DNA of 28,663 bases from contig JAFGFH010000017.1 in NCBI GenBank assembly GCA_016931175.1, positions 1 to 28,663 on the forward strand, read 5' to 3'. The notes beneath the pieces were generated by a model that had not been told where the DNA came from, ran no database searches, and worked only from the letters and a program-made list of their open reading frames with translations. Shown one piece after another: positions 1 through 8,545 of this stretch (its first letter is position 1; every line of letters begins with the position of its first letter). A program made the position numbers and the translations under genes. This stretch comes from Nanobdellota archaeon (GTDB taxonomy: Archaea > Nanobdellota > Nanobdellia > Tiddalikarchaeales > Tiddalikarchaeaceae).

Positions 1-609
1 CAAACACTATACTTACACTGGAATCAATTAACCACACTACCACAAACAATCGGACAACTCACAAACCTACAAACACTAAACTTATACGATAACCAATTAA
101 CCACACTACCACAAACAATAACACAACTCACAAACCTACAAACACTACACTTAGGAAGTAACCAATTAACCACACTACCACAAACAATCGGACAACTCAC
201 AAAACTAAACACACTATACTTAGGAAGTAACCAATTAACCACACTACCACAAACAATAACACAACTCACAAAACTAAACACACTAGACTTAACAAGTAAC
301 AAATTAACCACACTACCACAAACAATCGGACAACTCACAAACCTACAAGAACTACACTTATACAATAACAAATTAACCACACTACCACAAACAATAACAC
401 AACTAACAAACCTACAAACACTAAACTTATGGAATAACAAATTAACCACACTACCAGACAACATAGGACAACTCACAAACCTACAAACACTAGACTTATA
501 CAATAACAAATTAACCACACTACCACAAACAATAACAAAACTAACAAACCTACAAACACTATACTTATACAATAACAAATTAACCAATGTACCTTATAAG
601 TTAATAAAA
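1..609 (+). repeat. Tandem 69-bp coding repeat (about 8.8 units) with a 138-bp super-period
   Basis: Unit boundaries fall at 58, 127, 196, 265, 334, 403, 472 and 541. Units are near-identical at the nucleotide level. The residue before the final Q alternates G (cgga) and T (aaca) in successive units (TIGQ/TITQ), giving a two-unit period. Confidence 0.9.
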
Positions 610-711
610 CTAAAAAATCTAAAAATGCTAGAATTAGGTTTTAATCCATTATGTTTAAAATCAAGAATGAAAGTATATTTTTTAGGTTTTTTTTATAAGT
701 TTTTAAATTAA
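1..711 (+). CDS. Leucine-rich-repeat (LRR) protein, C-terminal part (5' end lies outside the window)
   Basis: Frame +1 is open from nt 1 to TAA at 709-711. It reads [19 protein letters not shown] / [23 protein letters not shown] / [23 protein letters not shown] / [23 protein letters not shown] and so on. That is about nine 23-aa units fitting LxxLxLxxNxLxxLPxxIxxL, then a divergent cap ([33 protein letters not shown]). It is absent from the ORF track because there is no in-frame ATG/GTG/TTG before nt 667. The listed minus ORF 24..587 is its antisense shadow. Confidence 0.85.
   Translation, partial: QTLYLHWNQLTTLPQTIGQLTNLQTLNLYDNQLTTLPQTITQLTNLQTLHLGSNQLTTLPQTIGQLTKLNTLYLGSNQLTTLPQTITQLTKLNTLDLTSNKLTTLPQTIGQLTNLQELHLYNNKLTTLPQTITQLTNLQTLNLWNNKLTTLPDNIGQLTNLQTLDLYNNKLTTLPQTITKLTNLQTLYLYNNKLTNVPYKLIKLKNLKMLELGFNPLCLKSRMKVYFLGFFYKFLN
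701..708 (+). promoter_or_regulatory. TATA box (TTTTAAAT) for trm1
   Basis: A/T 8-mer at -31..-24 relative to ATG 732, the same spacing seen before many other genes here and before the 5S rRNA. This implies a leaderless or near-leaderless mRNA. Confidence 0.5.
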
Positions 712-731
712 TAGTTTTTTATTTTTATATA

Positions 732-1781
732 ATGAAATATTCTGAAGGCAGTGTCACTATTAATGTTCCTGCTAGTTCTAAGCTTACGCGCAAGAATGAC
801 GTGTTCTTGAACGAGCATAAAAAGTTTGACAGAGATATAAATATAATACTATTAAATAGTCTTGGCTGGAAGAATAAGACTTATTTGGATTTGATGAGTG
901 CGAGCGGGATAAGAGCGTTAAGGATTGCTAAGGAGACGAAGTGCTTTAAGAAAATCTTGATGAATGATTTGAAGAAGACGGCGTTTAATAACTTGAAAAA
1001 GAATGCAGAAAAGAATGGTGTAAAGGCAGAGTTTTATAACAAGGATGCTCACGAACTATTATGCACTCTTGATGAGGGGGTTGATTACGTTGACGTTGAC
1101 CCTTTCGGCAGCTCAATCTACTACGTGGTTGAAGCGGTAAAGAAGCTGTCAAGAGGAGGAATATTATCAATCACTAACACTGATACTGGAGCATTAAGCG
1201 GCACTTTCCCAAAGACTTGCCTGAGAAGGTATCACTCCAACTCTTACCTATCCGAGTTCTATTACGAGTCAGGCATTAGGATACTCGCAAAGGAGTGTAT
1301 AAACTTAGCAAGCACTTACGATGTCGCGCTTGTGCCAGTCTTTGCTCACGCGACCAGGCATTATTTCAGGATTTATTTCAGGAAGGTGAAGGGTGCTGGG
1401 AAGGCTGACGCGTTAATGAAACAAATCAATTACGTTAGTTACTGCAAAAAGTGCCTGGACAGAGTTGTGGGAATAAAAGAAGTGTGCAATTGCAATGAGA
1501 AGACAATACTAATCGGTCCTTTATTCACTGGAAACCTGTTTGACAAAGGATTATTGGATAAGATGAGGAAAACTGGAGAGTATGAGGACTTCTTCAATAA
1601 GATTAGTGAAGAGGCTGAGAGTGTTGTTCCATGGTTTTACACAACAAACAAGTTAGCAAAAGTTTACAAGATTACAGAACCCAGGATGCGCGACGTTAAT
1701 TATCCGAAGTCTCACATTAATCCTAAGGGTTTCAAGACAATGAAACCAGTCAGGGAAGTGCTGGAAAGCTTTAAAAAGTAA
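732..1781 (+). CDS. trm1: tRNA (guanine26-N2)-dimethyltransferase Trm1
   Basis: 349 aa. SAM-MTase core with LDLMSASGIRALR and the VDVDPFGSS motif (the Trm1 D-x-DPFGS signature). Cys cluster YCKKC...CNC in the C-terminal domain. Length and order fit archaeal Trm1. Confidence 0.9.
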   Translation: MKYSEGSVTINVPASSKLTRKNDVFLNEHKKFDRDINIILLNSLGWKNKTYLDLMSASGIRALRIAKETKCFKKILMNDLKKTAFNNLKKNAEKNGVKAEFYNKDAHELLCTLDEGVDYVDVDPFGSSIYYVVEAVKKLSRGGILSITNTDTGALSGTFPKTCLRRYHSNSYLSEFYYESGIRILAKECINLASTYDVALVPVFAHATRHYFRIYFRKVKGAGKADALMKQINYVSYCKKCLDRVVGIKEVCNCNEKTILIGPLFTGNLFDKGLLDKMRKTGEYEDFFNKISEEAESVVPWFYTTNKLAKVYKITEPRMRDVNYPKSHINPKGFKTMKPVREVLESFKK

Positions 1782-1800
1782 ATATTTTTCTTATCTCTTA

Positions 1801-2517
1801 ATGAATTTCAGTTACCAGCCAAAGTATGCGAGTATAGCAGAGGAGGTTAAGGACTTCATTATCAGCAACGGGTTATACAATTTAGATACTAATTTTATCA
1901 TTGGAGGGGATGGTTCATTATTCACTTACAAATCATTTAACCAGCCTAACATGTTAATCTGTTCTGAAAAGTTCAGCAAAGGCCATTATGCCAGCTGCTG
2001 GTATGAGGACGACTACCAGTTCTTTTTATTGGATTATGCAAAAAAGCCTGAGAGTTTTCATATTGAGATTCCCACTATTGAATTATTAATTAACGGTGAG
2101 GTTGTGGATGAGCGCGCAATTAATGACTTAATTCTTGGCAGGGATTATAATTTCAAGGCAGGCGTGAATGAAGAAATAGTTCACACTACTGGTTTATTGT
2201 TCTACACATTTAACGGTTGGAGCGGATGGGCTAAACAATACGATGCCTTGCGTTTTGAAGATTCAGGAGTGGTTGACTTGGATACTAGAATCTCGCATTC
2301 TTTAGAAGAACCTGTTGAGGTTAACGTCCTGCCTTTTCACGGTTTTAATATAATGTTTGACGGCAAGGGCAGGAATCTTGAGGAAGATTTTAATCCATGC
2401 ACAAGTGACAGGGAGATTGTTTATACCAGTCCTTGGAGTGCTGAACCAGGAGATAATGTAATAATAAGAGATGGAGAGCCGGTAATCCTTGTTCAGCAAG
2501 ATTTAAAACTAGAATAA
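1801..2517 (+). CDS. NAD kinase-like protein (divergent)
   Basis: 238 aa. Has the IIGGDGSLF motif (GGDG of the NAD kinase/DAG-kinase fold) and NDLIL (compare NEVVI). The usual TPTGSTAY segment is replaced by TFNGWSGWAKQY, so function is uncertain. Confidence 0.45.
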   Translation: MNFSYQPKYASIAEEVKDFIISNGLYNLDTNFIIGGDGSLFTYKSFNQPNMLICSEKFSKGHYASCWYEDDYQFFLLDYAKKPESFHIEIPTIELLINGEVVDERAINDLILGRDYNFKAGVNEEIVHTTGLLFYTFNGWSGWAKQYDALRFEDSGVVDLDTRISHSLEEPVEVNVLPFHGFNIMFDGKGRNLEEDFNPCTSDREIVYTSPWSAEPGDNVIIRDGEPVILVQQDLKLE

Positions 2518-2532
2518 TTTATTAGATTCTTT

Positions 2533-2796
2533 ATGAGTTTGGAAAAAAAGATTAATATTGATTCAGCAAGTGATGTCCGCTTCACAGCTTTAGAAATCTT
2601 AAATAATGACCTCAAGGTTAAGGATGCTTACATGAAAAAGTATGACTTAACCAATGAAGAGTACAATGAATATGTTAGTTACGCTGCAGACATTGCCTTA
2701 GAAGAGGGTGCAACTTTCACAATTGAATATTTTGAAAACGCTTTGCGTAACAGGCAGAGATTAATAAAACTCTTCGGTCTCACTGGCAAGGGATAG
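2533..2796 (+). CDS. Hypothetical small acidic, probably helical protein (87 aa)
   Basis: Intact ORF with TATA TTTAAAAC at 2502-2509 (-31..-24). No recognisable motif. Ends ...FGLTGKG. Confidence 0.5.
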   Translation: MSLEKKINIDSASDVRFTALEILNNDLKVKDAYMKKYDLTNEEYNEYVSYAADIALEEGATFTIEYFENALRNRQRLIKLFGLTGKG

Positions 2797-2829
2797 TTTT
2801 TTAAAAGAATTTTTTTCTATTAAACAAGT

Positions 2830-3447
2830 ATGGATCTTTTGGAACAGATACTAAGACCAACTCGTGACGGCAGAGGCGTATTTAATCATTACTTCGAACT
2901 TTACGAGAGCGATGAAGTTATAATAATTATGCCTGAATTGATTAAAGGCTTTATCGCAAAATGTTTTGATTATTCTATCAAGAACGGCCACGAATACGGG
3001 GGTTACTTGTACGGAAGGAGAAAAAGATACGGCAGGAGAGAAGGCAACGATTTTATTATTTATGGAATAAGTGAGTCCTTCACTGATGCTAAGAGTGACG
3101 AGGTTCGTTTAGTAATTAATGAGCAGCACTTAAAGGATATGAATGATAAGGGATTTGACATAATTGGGATATGGCACACTCACAAGAAACAGGGCTTTTC
3201 AGAGGGAGATATTAATTCTTTAATAGATATTAATTATCTTCACAAGCAGCTTCCGAACAAGTGTGATGTAGAGTTAAGTCTTGCTGCAGGCCCTGCAGAA
3301 TACCCTAAGGAGGGCTGCCAGATATACCAATTAAGGTATGACGGCAGATTCTTCAGCAAGCCTAAGCTTGAGATAGTTAATAATATTAGATTCATAGAGG
3401 ATTTCAAATTAAAACCCGGCATTTGGCTTCAGGGAGAAAAAAAATAA
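2830..3447 (+). CDS. JAMM/MPN+ family metalloprotease (JAB domain)
   Basis: 205 aa. GHEYGGYLYG supplies the E-x2-G-x-L-x-G element. IGIWHTHKKQGFSEGD supplies H-x-H...S-x-x-D, with only 5 residues instead of the usual 7 between the second His and the Ser. Confidence 0.7.
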   Translation: MDLLEQILRPTRDGRGVFNHYFELYESDEVIIIMPELIKGFIAKCFDYSIKNGHEYGGYLYGRRKRYGRREGNDFIIYGISESFTDAKSDEVRLVINEQHLKDMNDKGFDIIGIWHTHKKQGFSEGDINSLIDINYLHKQLPNKCDVELSLAAGPAEYPKEGCQIYQLRYDGRFFSKPKLEIVNNIRFIEDFKLKPGIWLQGEKK

Positions 3448-3448
3448 T

Positions 3449-4351
3449 TTAAATGGTTTGAATCTCGTCTCCAAGATTCAACCTGTCTATTAATTCCTTG
3501 TACCTGTTTCTGATTGTTACCTCTGTTACTCCTGCAACGTCAGCCACTTCTCTCTGCGTCTTCTTCTCATTGCAAATTAGTGTAGCAACGTACAGTGCTG
3601 CTGCTGCAACACCCATTGGTCCCTTGCCGCTTGTTATCTCCTTGCCCTGCGCTTTATTGATTATCTCAACTGCCTTGCTTATAGTCTTAGGGCTTAATTT
3701 TAACTCGCTAGCGAACCTGTAGATGTAGTCCAATGGGAAGGTTGGCAGTATCCTGATGCCTAACTCCCTGCAGATGAACCTGTAAGTCTTTCCTATCTCT
3801 TTCTTGTCAAGAGTGAAAGCCTCGCTTATTTCATCAAGGGTTCTAGGGAATCTGTGGCGCCTGCAAGCCGCATATAAAGCTCCTGCAACGACTGATTCCA
3901 TACTGCGCCCGCGGACTAATCCTTTTTCAGCTGCTGAACGGTAGATTCTCGCTGCTTCTTCCATAGCGATGTGCGGAATATTAAGGAAGCTTCCTACACG
4001 CCTAAGTTCAGCTAGAGCGTATTTTACGTTTCTCTCTATAGCAGTGCTTATTCTCGCCTGCCACTTCTTTAATCGGTAGAATCTCTTTCTTTCGCTACTG
4101 CTAACCTTGTACAAGTCGCCCGGTTTTCCTATCCTGGTGCTCATACCCTTGTCATGCTTTGTAAATGTCAACGGGTTGCCAGTCCTTCTCCTGCTCTGGC
4201 CCTGGTCGCTTGAGAACTCACGCCACTCTTGTCCATAATCAATAACATCCTCGTCAATAACGTTTCCGCACTTCTTGCATATGGTCTCACCAACCCTTCT
4301 GTCAACTGTAAACTCCTCGCTGCCGCAAGAAGGACACTTCATCTTATTCAT
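3449..4351 (-). CDS. tfb: Transcription initiation factor IIB (TFB)
   Basis: 300 aa. N-terminal Zn ribbon CPSCGS...CKKCG, two cyclin-like repeats, and C-terminal TQREVADVAGVTEVTIRNRYKEL typical of TFB. GGGGGTG (complement of 4359-4365) lies 7 nt upstream of the ATG as a possible Shine-Dalgarno. Confidence 0.95.
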   Translation of the reverse strand: MNKMKCPSCGSEEFTVDRRVGETICKKCGNVIDEDVIDYGQEWREFSSDQGQSRRRTGNPLTFTKHDKGMSTRIGKPGDLYKVSSSERKRFYRLKKWQARISTAIERNVKYALAELRRVGSFLNIPHIAMEEAARIYRSAAEKGLVRGRSMESVVAGALYAACRRHRFPRTLDEISEAFTLDKKEIGKTYRFICRELGIRILPTFPLDYIYRFASELKLSPKTISKAVEIINKAQGKEITSGKGPMGVAAAALYVATLICNEKKTQREVADVAGVTEVTIRNRYKELIDRLNLGDEIQTI

Positions 4352-4425
4352 CAGATTACACCCCCGAATCTAAAAAACATTTAAAAAGATTTCTCAGTTA
4401 CAACTTAAAAATATTTCGGTTACCG

Positions 4426-4803
4426 CTATCTCAGCTCTGGGATGCGTTCAGAAGCAGGAGGTTTATAATTCGTTTTGCATTTCGGGTTAAAGTAAGCGCA
4501 GACTATGTCATCCACGAACTCTTTGAAATCATTGTCTTCAAGTTTATCAGAATTCTCTTTCAAAAAACCGTTAATATCAATCAAGTTATAGGATTCATCT
4601 TTTCTCTTCTCTAATATTAAGTAATAATTGCACTTGTTGATTACTGTCTCAACCTCTGCTGGACTTATTCCTTGCATTGTTTCCTGGACAATCTTTTCCA
4701 AGTCTTGTTTAGTAATTACTCCTTTGTTAGATTCTGCTATCTTGTTAATTATGTAAAAAAAGTGCTGCTCTTTTGAGTGAATGTCTCCAATCTTGGGGCT
4801 CAT
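4426..4803 (-). CDS. Hypothetical protein (125 aa), last gene of the MPP/PhnN-like operon
   Basis: Its start codon overlaps the stop of the upstream gene (ATGA at 4800-4803). No motif recognised. Confidence 0.55.
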   Translation of the reverse strand: MSPKIGDIHSKEQHFFYIINKIAESNKGVITKQDLEKIVQETMQGISPAEVETVINKCNYYLILEKRKDESYNLIDINGFLKENSDKLEDNDFKEFVDDIVCAYFNPKCKTNYKPPASERIPELR

Positions 4804-5333
4804 TGGTTAATTATTGAATTAATGAAACTTATTAATCTTTCGCCGGCTATGCTCACATCACTGTTTGAAGTGTCAATAGTGCAGTCAGGGTTTAGTAATG
4901 GCGCAGTCAAAGCGCGCTGTATTCTCTTCTCAATCTCTGCCTCATCCTCTCTGCCCCTGTCATTCAACCTCTGCCTTATGAGTTTAACAGGGATAACGCA
5001 TTCTATAACGTAGCAGTTGCTCCACCTCTCCATTGTCTTCTTAATGGTTTTTCGGCTGATATTTACTATATAGTTCTTGCCGTTCATTAAGCCTTCAAGA
5101 ACCTCCCTATCAACACCGTATAACTTGTCATAAGCTTCCCAGAATATGAAATAATCATCCTTGTTAAAATCCTCTTTTTTCAAGCTGATGAATTCTTCAG
5201 TCTCCGAGTCCTGGCGCGTAACATGCCTCTTAACCTTGCGCAGCCCTGGTATTTTATTTACAACATATTTTATTACTGAGTCTTTCCCGCTCCCGCTGTT
5301 GCCTACCATTAAGAATAAAACTCCTTTGTTCAT
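4800..5333 (-). CDS. phnN: PhnN-like ribose 1,5-bisphosphate phosphokinase (P-loop kinase)
   Basis: 177 aa. [14 protein letters not shown] matches E. coli PhnN [35 protein letters not shown] matches [47 protein letters not shown] matches ILRQRLENRGRENASEINARLARA. The comparison is from memory of the E. coli sequence. Confidence 0.75.
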   Translation of the reverse strand: [177 protein letters not shown]

Positions 5334-5932
5334 AATTCAAGTATCACTCCTTTCTTTCCAGTATTGATTATCTTGCTGTTCCCGACGTAATCCGTTAATC
5401 CGAAGGTTTCATGTATGTGCCCGCATAATACTACGTCAGGCTTGTAAGTTTCTATGAATTTTCTCATCTTCCTGCTGCCTGCCTTGGTCCACCCAAGATT
5501 GTCAAGCTTGGTATCAAAAGGGGGTTCGTGGGTTAAGAGTATAGTCTTCTTATTCTTGTTGTTCTTAATCTTATTCTTCAAAGCCTTTGTTATATCCTCA
5601 TTCATGTTGAAGAGTCCGAAGTCTGTTCCTCCTATTCCCATTACTACAACGTCGTCAAACTCCTTGTAATAAGAGTGAATGTTGTAAACTCCTTTGCCGT
5701 ACTTCTCACTTAAGAAGTCTATGTCTGTTGGCTGGTCGTGGTTGCCGTGGACCATTAATACCTCAATGCCTGCGTTTTTGAAAGGGCCAATAATGCCTTT
5801 CCCTTCTGTTCCAAACTCTACAATGTCTCCTCCTAATAATACAAGGTCCACTTTGTTCTTCTTAGCCTTGTCAGCAAGCCTCTGAGCTGCCTTAAAATCA
5901 GAATGCAAGTCACTAGCGGCTAAAATCTTCAT
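5330..5932 (-). CDS. Calcineurin-like metallophosphoesterase
   Basis: Motifs DLHSD, GGD, GNHD and GHIH in canonical order. I prefer the start at MKILAASDLH (5932) over the track start at 5953, because TTTAAAAA at 5960-5967 would be only 7 nt from 5953 but -35..-28 from 5932. The stop overlaps the phnN-like start (ATGA). Confidence 0.8.
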   Translation of the reverse strand: MKILAASDLHSDFKAAQRLADKAKKNKVDLVLLGGDIVEFGTEGKGIIGPFKNAGIEVLMVHGNHDQPTDIDFLSEKYGKGVYNIHSYYKEFDDVVVMGIGGTDFGLFNMNEDITKALKNKIKNNKNKKTILLTHEPPFDTKLDNLGWTKAGSRKMRKFIETYKPDVVLCGHIHETFGLTDYVGNSKIINTGKKGVILEL

Positions 5933-6028
5933 AACAGTAAAAAATAAGCACAAGACTCATTTAAAAAACTATTTGTCACCAAATAATAGTAACACTTATA
6001 AGTTTGTTTTTTTCTAGAATCTCACATT

Positions 6029-6562
6029 ATGATGATTGATTTAAACGTCTTAAAACCTGTAAATGATTTCTTAGGTAAGAAAAGAACTGAAGAATGTATT
6101 AGAAGAGGTTCTCCTTTGCCCCTGCCATACGAGTCTTCCTGGAATATTTATTGCACTAATAATGCTTCTTCAAGAGTTAATGACGGTTTTTTAGGTGTAA
6201 TTGATGAGTCAAGTAATGGAGAAATGAGAAAGTTCTCAAAATCTAAGATACTAACTGCTAAATACGAGGGTAAGACTATTGGCGTGGCTTGGGCTCACCC
6301 TCCCAGAAGCGTGCCTCCTCCCATTGATTCTCCTTGGGTTCCAGGCAAGAAGTATTTTGAGCAGCAGTTTCACGTATCAGTTGACAAGAGTTTTGAAGGC
6401 CAAGGTGTTGGTAAAACGCTGGTTGAACACATTGAAAAGATTCTTGAAGAGAACGTTGTTCCTGTCTGCAAGTGGAATCCAGAATATGAAAGGCCCGTTA
6501 GGTTCTTCAAAAATCTTGGCTTTGATGTATTTCACAATGAAGCTAGGAAAACAAAAAATTAG
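6029..6562 (+). CDS. GNAT-family N-acetyltransferase
   Basis: 177 aa. FEGQGVGKTLVEHI supplies the acetyl-CoA motif A (Q/R-x-x-G-x-G/A). The C-terminal RFFKNLGFD is typical of GNAT. Confidence 0.6.
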   Translation: MMIDLNVLKPVNDFLGKKRTEECIRRGSPLPLPYESSWNIYCTNNASSRVNDGFLGVIDESSNGEMRKFSKSKILTAKYEGKTIGVAWAHPPRSVPPPIDSPWVPGKKYFEQQFHVSVDKSFEGQGVGKTLVEHIEKILEENVVPVCKWNPEYERPVRFFKNLGFDVFHNEARKTKN

Positions 6563-6635
6563 AGGTAACAGAAAGTATTAAAAAGACTAATTTTTAGTAT
6601 TTATTCTCGAAAAAATTGGTTTAAAGGTGATAAAT

Positions 6636-6842
6636 ATGAGTATTAATGACAAATGTTTGAGTTTAGGAGAGATTGAGAGTGTTTGCTTTGGCCTGTTTGA
6701 TAAGGCTTTAACTGGTTTTAACCAGAAATACTTTGGCAAGGATAATGCTACAAGCAGGGACTTATACGACATGGGTTTCAGGCCAACCTCAAGAGGGCAG
6801 AAGAGAGATTACATGTTCGCTTACAGAAAACAAGGAATGTGA
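6636..6842 (+). CDS. Hypothetical small protein (68 aa)
   Basis: The track starts at GTG 6627. ATG 6636 is preceded by AGGTGA (6625-6630) with a 5-nt spacer, a canonical Shine-Dalgarno. No motif recognised. Confidence 0.4.
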   Translation: MSINDKCLSLGEIESVCFGLFDKALTGFNQKYFGKDNATSRDLYDMGFRPTSRGQKRDYMFAYRKQGM

Positions 6843-6846
6843 GAGT

Positions 6847-7095
6847 ATGGAAACAAAAGAGAACTTAGAAGACATTGATTTAACCCTTGAAAAAGGAGAT
6901 ATTAAAGAATTATTAGGTCTTAAAGAGGATAATACTTATGTCCAATCAGAGCAGGAGAATGATGATATTCCTTTATACTTTAACGCCGGACAATTAAAAG
7001 CATTAGAGAACGGCAACAGTAAGAGAAACAGGTTATTAAGAGACATGTATAGAAAGACTGGAAAGTGTTACTTCGGAAGAAAACCTAATTGTTAA
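6847..7095 (+). CDS. Hypothetical small acidic protein (82 aa)
   Basis: In-frame ATG at 6847 within track ORF 6733..7095. The upstream part of that ORF overlaps the previous gene in another frame. Ends KCYFGRKPNC. Confidence 0.4.
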   Translation: METKENLEDIDLTLEKGDIKELLGLKEDNTYVQSEQENDDIPLYFNAGQLKALENGNSKRNRLLRDMYRKTGKCYFGRKPNC

Positions 7096-8423
7096 CTTAT
7101 TTTTAATCTCTGCCCATCCTGCAAAAGGTGGGCGTTTTCTCCTAATTTATATCCTTCTTCTATTGCTAATTCAACAGCGCTTGCTAGCTTCTGAAGAGTC
7201 CCATGGCTTGGTATGTAATGCTTTGGCTTGACCATTTTCAACAAGTCTCTGTGGTCTTCTCTTGAAGCGTGCCCGCTGACGTGTACGTCAAGGAATAGTC
7301 TGACTCCTTTATCTCTTAACTGCTTCTCAATGTTTCCGCGATTAGCTTCGCATATTGGTGTAGGTATGGTCTCGCTGCAGAAGACGACAACGTCTCCTTT
7401 CTGGAATCTCAAGTCTAACTCGTTCCTTGCCATCTTTGAAAGCATAGCGTCAGGCTCTCCCTGGTTGCCTGTCATTATTAGTATGAATTTTTTCCTTCCA
7501 ACCTTTTCTATTCTCTCAAAGGCAGCGCTAACCTCATCCTTATAACTTGCTATCTCAGTATCCTTGAAGTTGATAAGCTTGGCTCTGGTGCTAGCGTCCA
7601 AGTAGTTCCTCATGCTCCTGCCGAAAATTATTGGCGTCCTGCCCATCTTCTTTGCAATATCTACCATGTTTCTTATCCTAGCGCAATGGCTTGCGAAGGT
7701 AGTTAATACTATTAATTTATCCTCGTGCTTCAAGTTTAGTAATAAGTCTTTAAGCATTTCCTTAACTAATGACTCGCTGAACGTTCTCCCATAATGGTCG
7801 ATTCTCGTTGAGTCACTTATTAATGCCAATACTCCCTGCTTGCCTAATTTCTTCAAAGTTGCATAATCTGATTTCTTGCCAAAGGTTGGATTATCATCAA
7901 ACTTCCAGTCATTAGTGTACATGATTACTCCTTCAGGAGTGTGCAGTGCTATCATTGCAGTCTGAAGTGTGGAGTGAGTAGCGTAGACGAATTCTACTGT
8001 TAAATCCTTATTTATTTTAAAGATGCTTCCAGGGTTTAATTTAATAATCTTATTCTCAAGCCTTGCTTTCTGGTCTTTCTCCTGATTTCTTATAACTTCT
8101 ATAGTGAATGGTGTTGCAATAATCGGAGCATTCCTGTAATTATTAGCAAGTTTGGTTATTGCTCCTATGTGGTCCAAGTGGCCGTGAGTGCAGATTATAG
8201 CCTTAACCATGCCTCCCCATTCTCTTCTCATCTGCGTATCGTCCGGCAAAGCGCCTATGTTTAATAATTTCCTGCTGTTAAGCTTCCAAGCTTCGCCTTC
8301 GTAACTGATTAGTTTGCTCACGTCTATGCCCATGTCAAAGATAATTACTTCATCTTTGTAACGGATAGCTGTTAAGTTCTTTCCTATCTCAGAATAGCCT
8401 CCAACAGCCCATAATTCTATCAT
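7092..8423 (-). CDS. rnj: Archaeal RNase J (metallo-beta-lactamase / beta-CASP 5'-3' exoribonuclease)
   Basis: N-terminus MIELWAVGGYSEIGKN, HxHxDH motif (THGHLDHIG), beta-CASP region, C-terminal HVSGHASRED. The track start is GTG 8435. ATG 8423 gives the typical N-terminus and sits about 29-36 nt from the TATA TTATAAAG (complement of 8452-8459). Confidence 0.9.
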   Translation of the reverse strand: MIELWAVGGYSEIGKNLTAIRYKDEVIIFDMGIDVSKLISYEGEAWKLNSRKLLNIGALPDDTQMRREWGGMVKAIICTHGHLDHIGAITKLANNYRNAPIIATPFTIEVIRNQEKDQKARLENKIIKLNPGSIFKINKDLTVEFVYATHSTLQTAMIALHTPEGVIMYTNDWKFDDNPTFGKKSDYATLKKLGKQGVLALISDSTRIDHYGRTFSESLVKEMLKDLLLNLKHEDKLIVLTTFASHCARIRNMVDIAKKMGRTPIIFGRSMRNYLDASTRAKLINFKDTEIASYKDEVSAAFERIEKVGRKKFILIMTGNQGEPDAMLSKMARNELDLRFQKGDVVVFCSETIPTPICEANRGNIEKQLRDKGVRLFLDVHVSGHASREDHRDLLKMVKPKHYIPSHGTLQKLASAVELAIEEGYKLGENAHLLQDGQRLKIS

Positions 8424-8545
8424 TTTCTTAAACACTTATTAGAAAAGTGTTCTTTATAACTGTTATGTTATTATTTCGCTTTTTGACGTTAACATTTATA
8501 TATGATGAAATTCTTCTATATTCTTTGCGGGTTCGGTAAGGTAAT

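Noticed and set aside
24-587. 187-aa minus-strand ORF (repetitive VVNLLLYK...CRFVSC... sequence)
   Set aside because: It is the antisense shadow of the plus-strand LRR gene. The sense strand is so G-poor and repetitive that the complement lacks stop codons. The plus-frame product fits the LRR consensus perfectly, whereas the minus product is a low-complexity V/C/S/L repeat.
1-609. Diversity-generating retroelement or other hypervariation mechanism acting on the LRR repeats
   Set aside because: No reverse transcriptase or template repeat exists in the window. Differences between units are scattered (N/K, Q/N, G/T and so on) rather than adenine-specific.
2533-2796. Idea that the 87-aa protein upstream of the JAMM protease is a ubiquitin-like/SAMP substrate
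   Set aside because: The sequence looks helical rather than beta-grasp and ends GLTGKG, not the diglycine required for SAMP/Ub-type conjugation. No E1-like gene is nearby.
6279-6581. 100-aa alternative-frame ORF inside the GNAT gene
   Set aside because: It lies on the same strand in an overlapping frame without motifs, while the GNAT frame carries the QGVGKTLV and FFKNLGF signatures.
8502-8508. C-box-like ATGATGA in the rnj/GATase intergenic region (possible C/D box sRNA)
   Set aside because: No CTGA D box or D' box lies within the following 70 nt, and there is no terminal stem. The segment is better explained as divergent promoter DNA.
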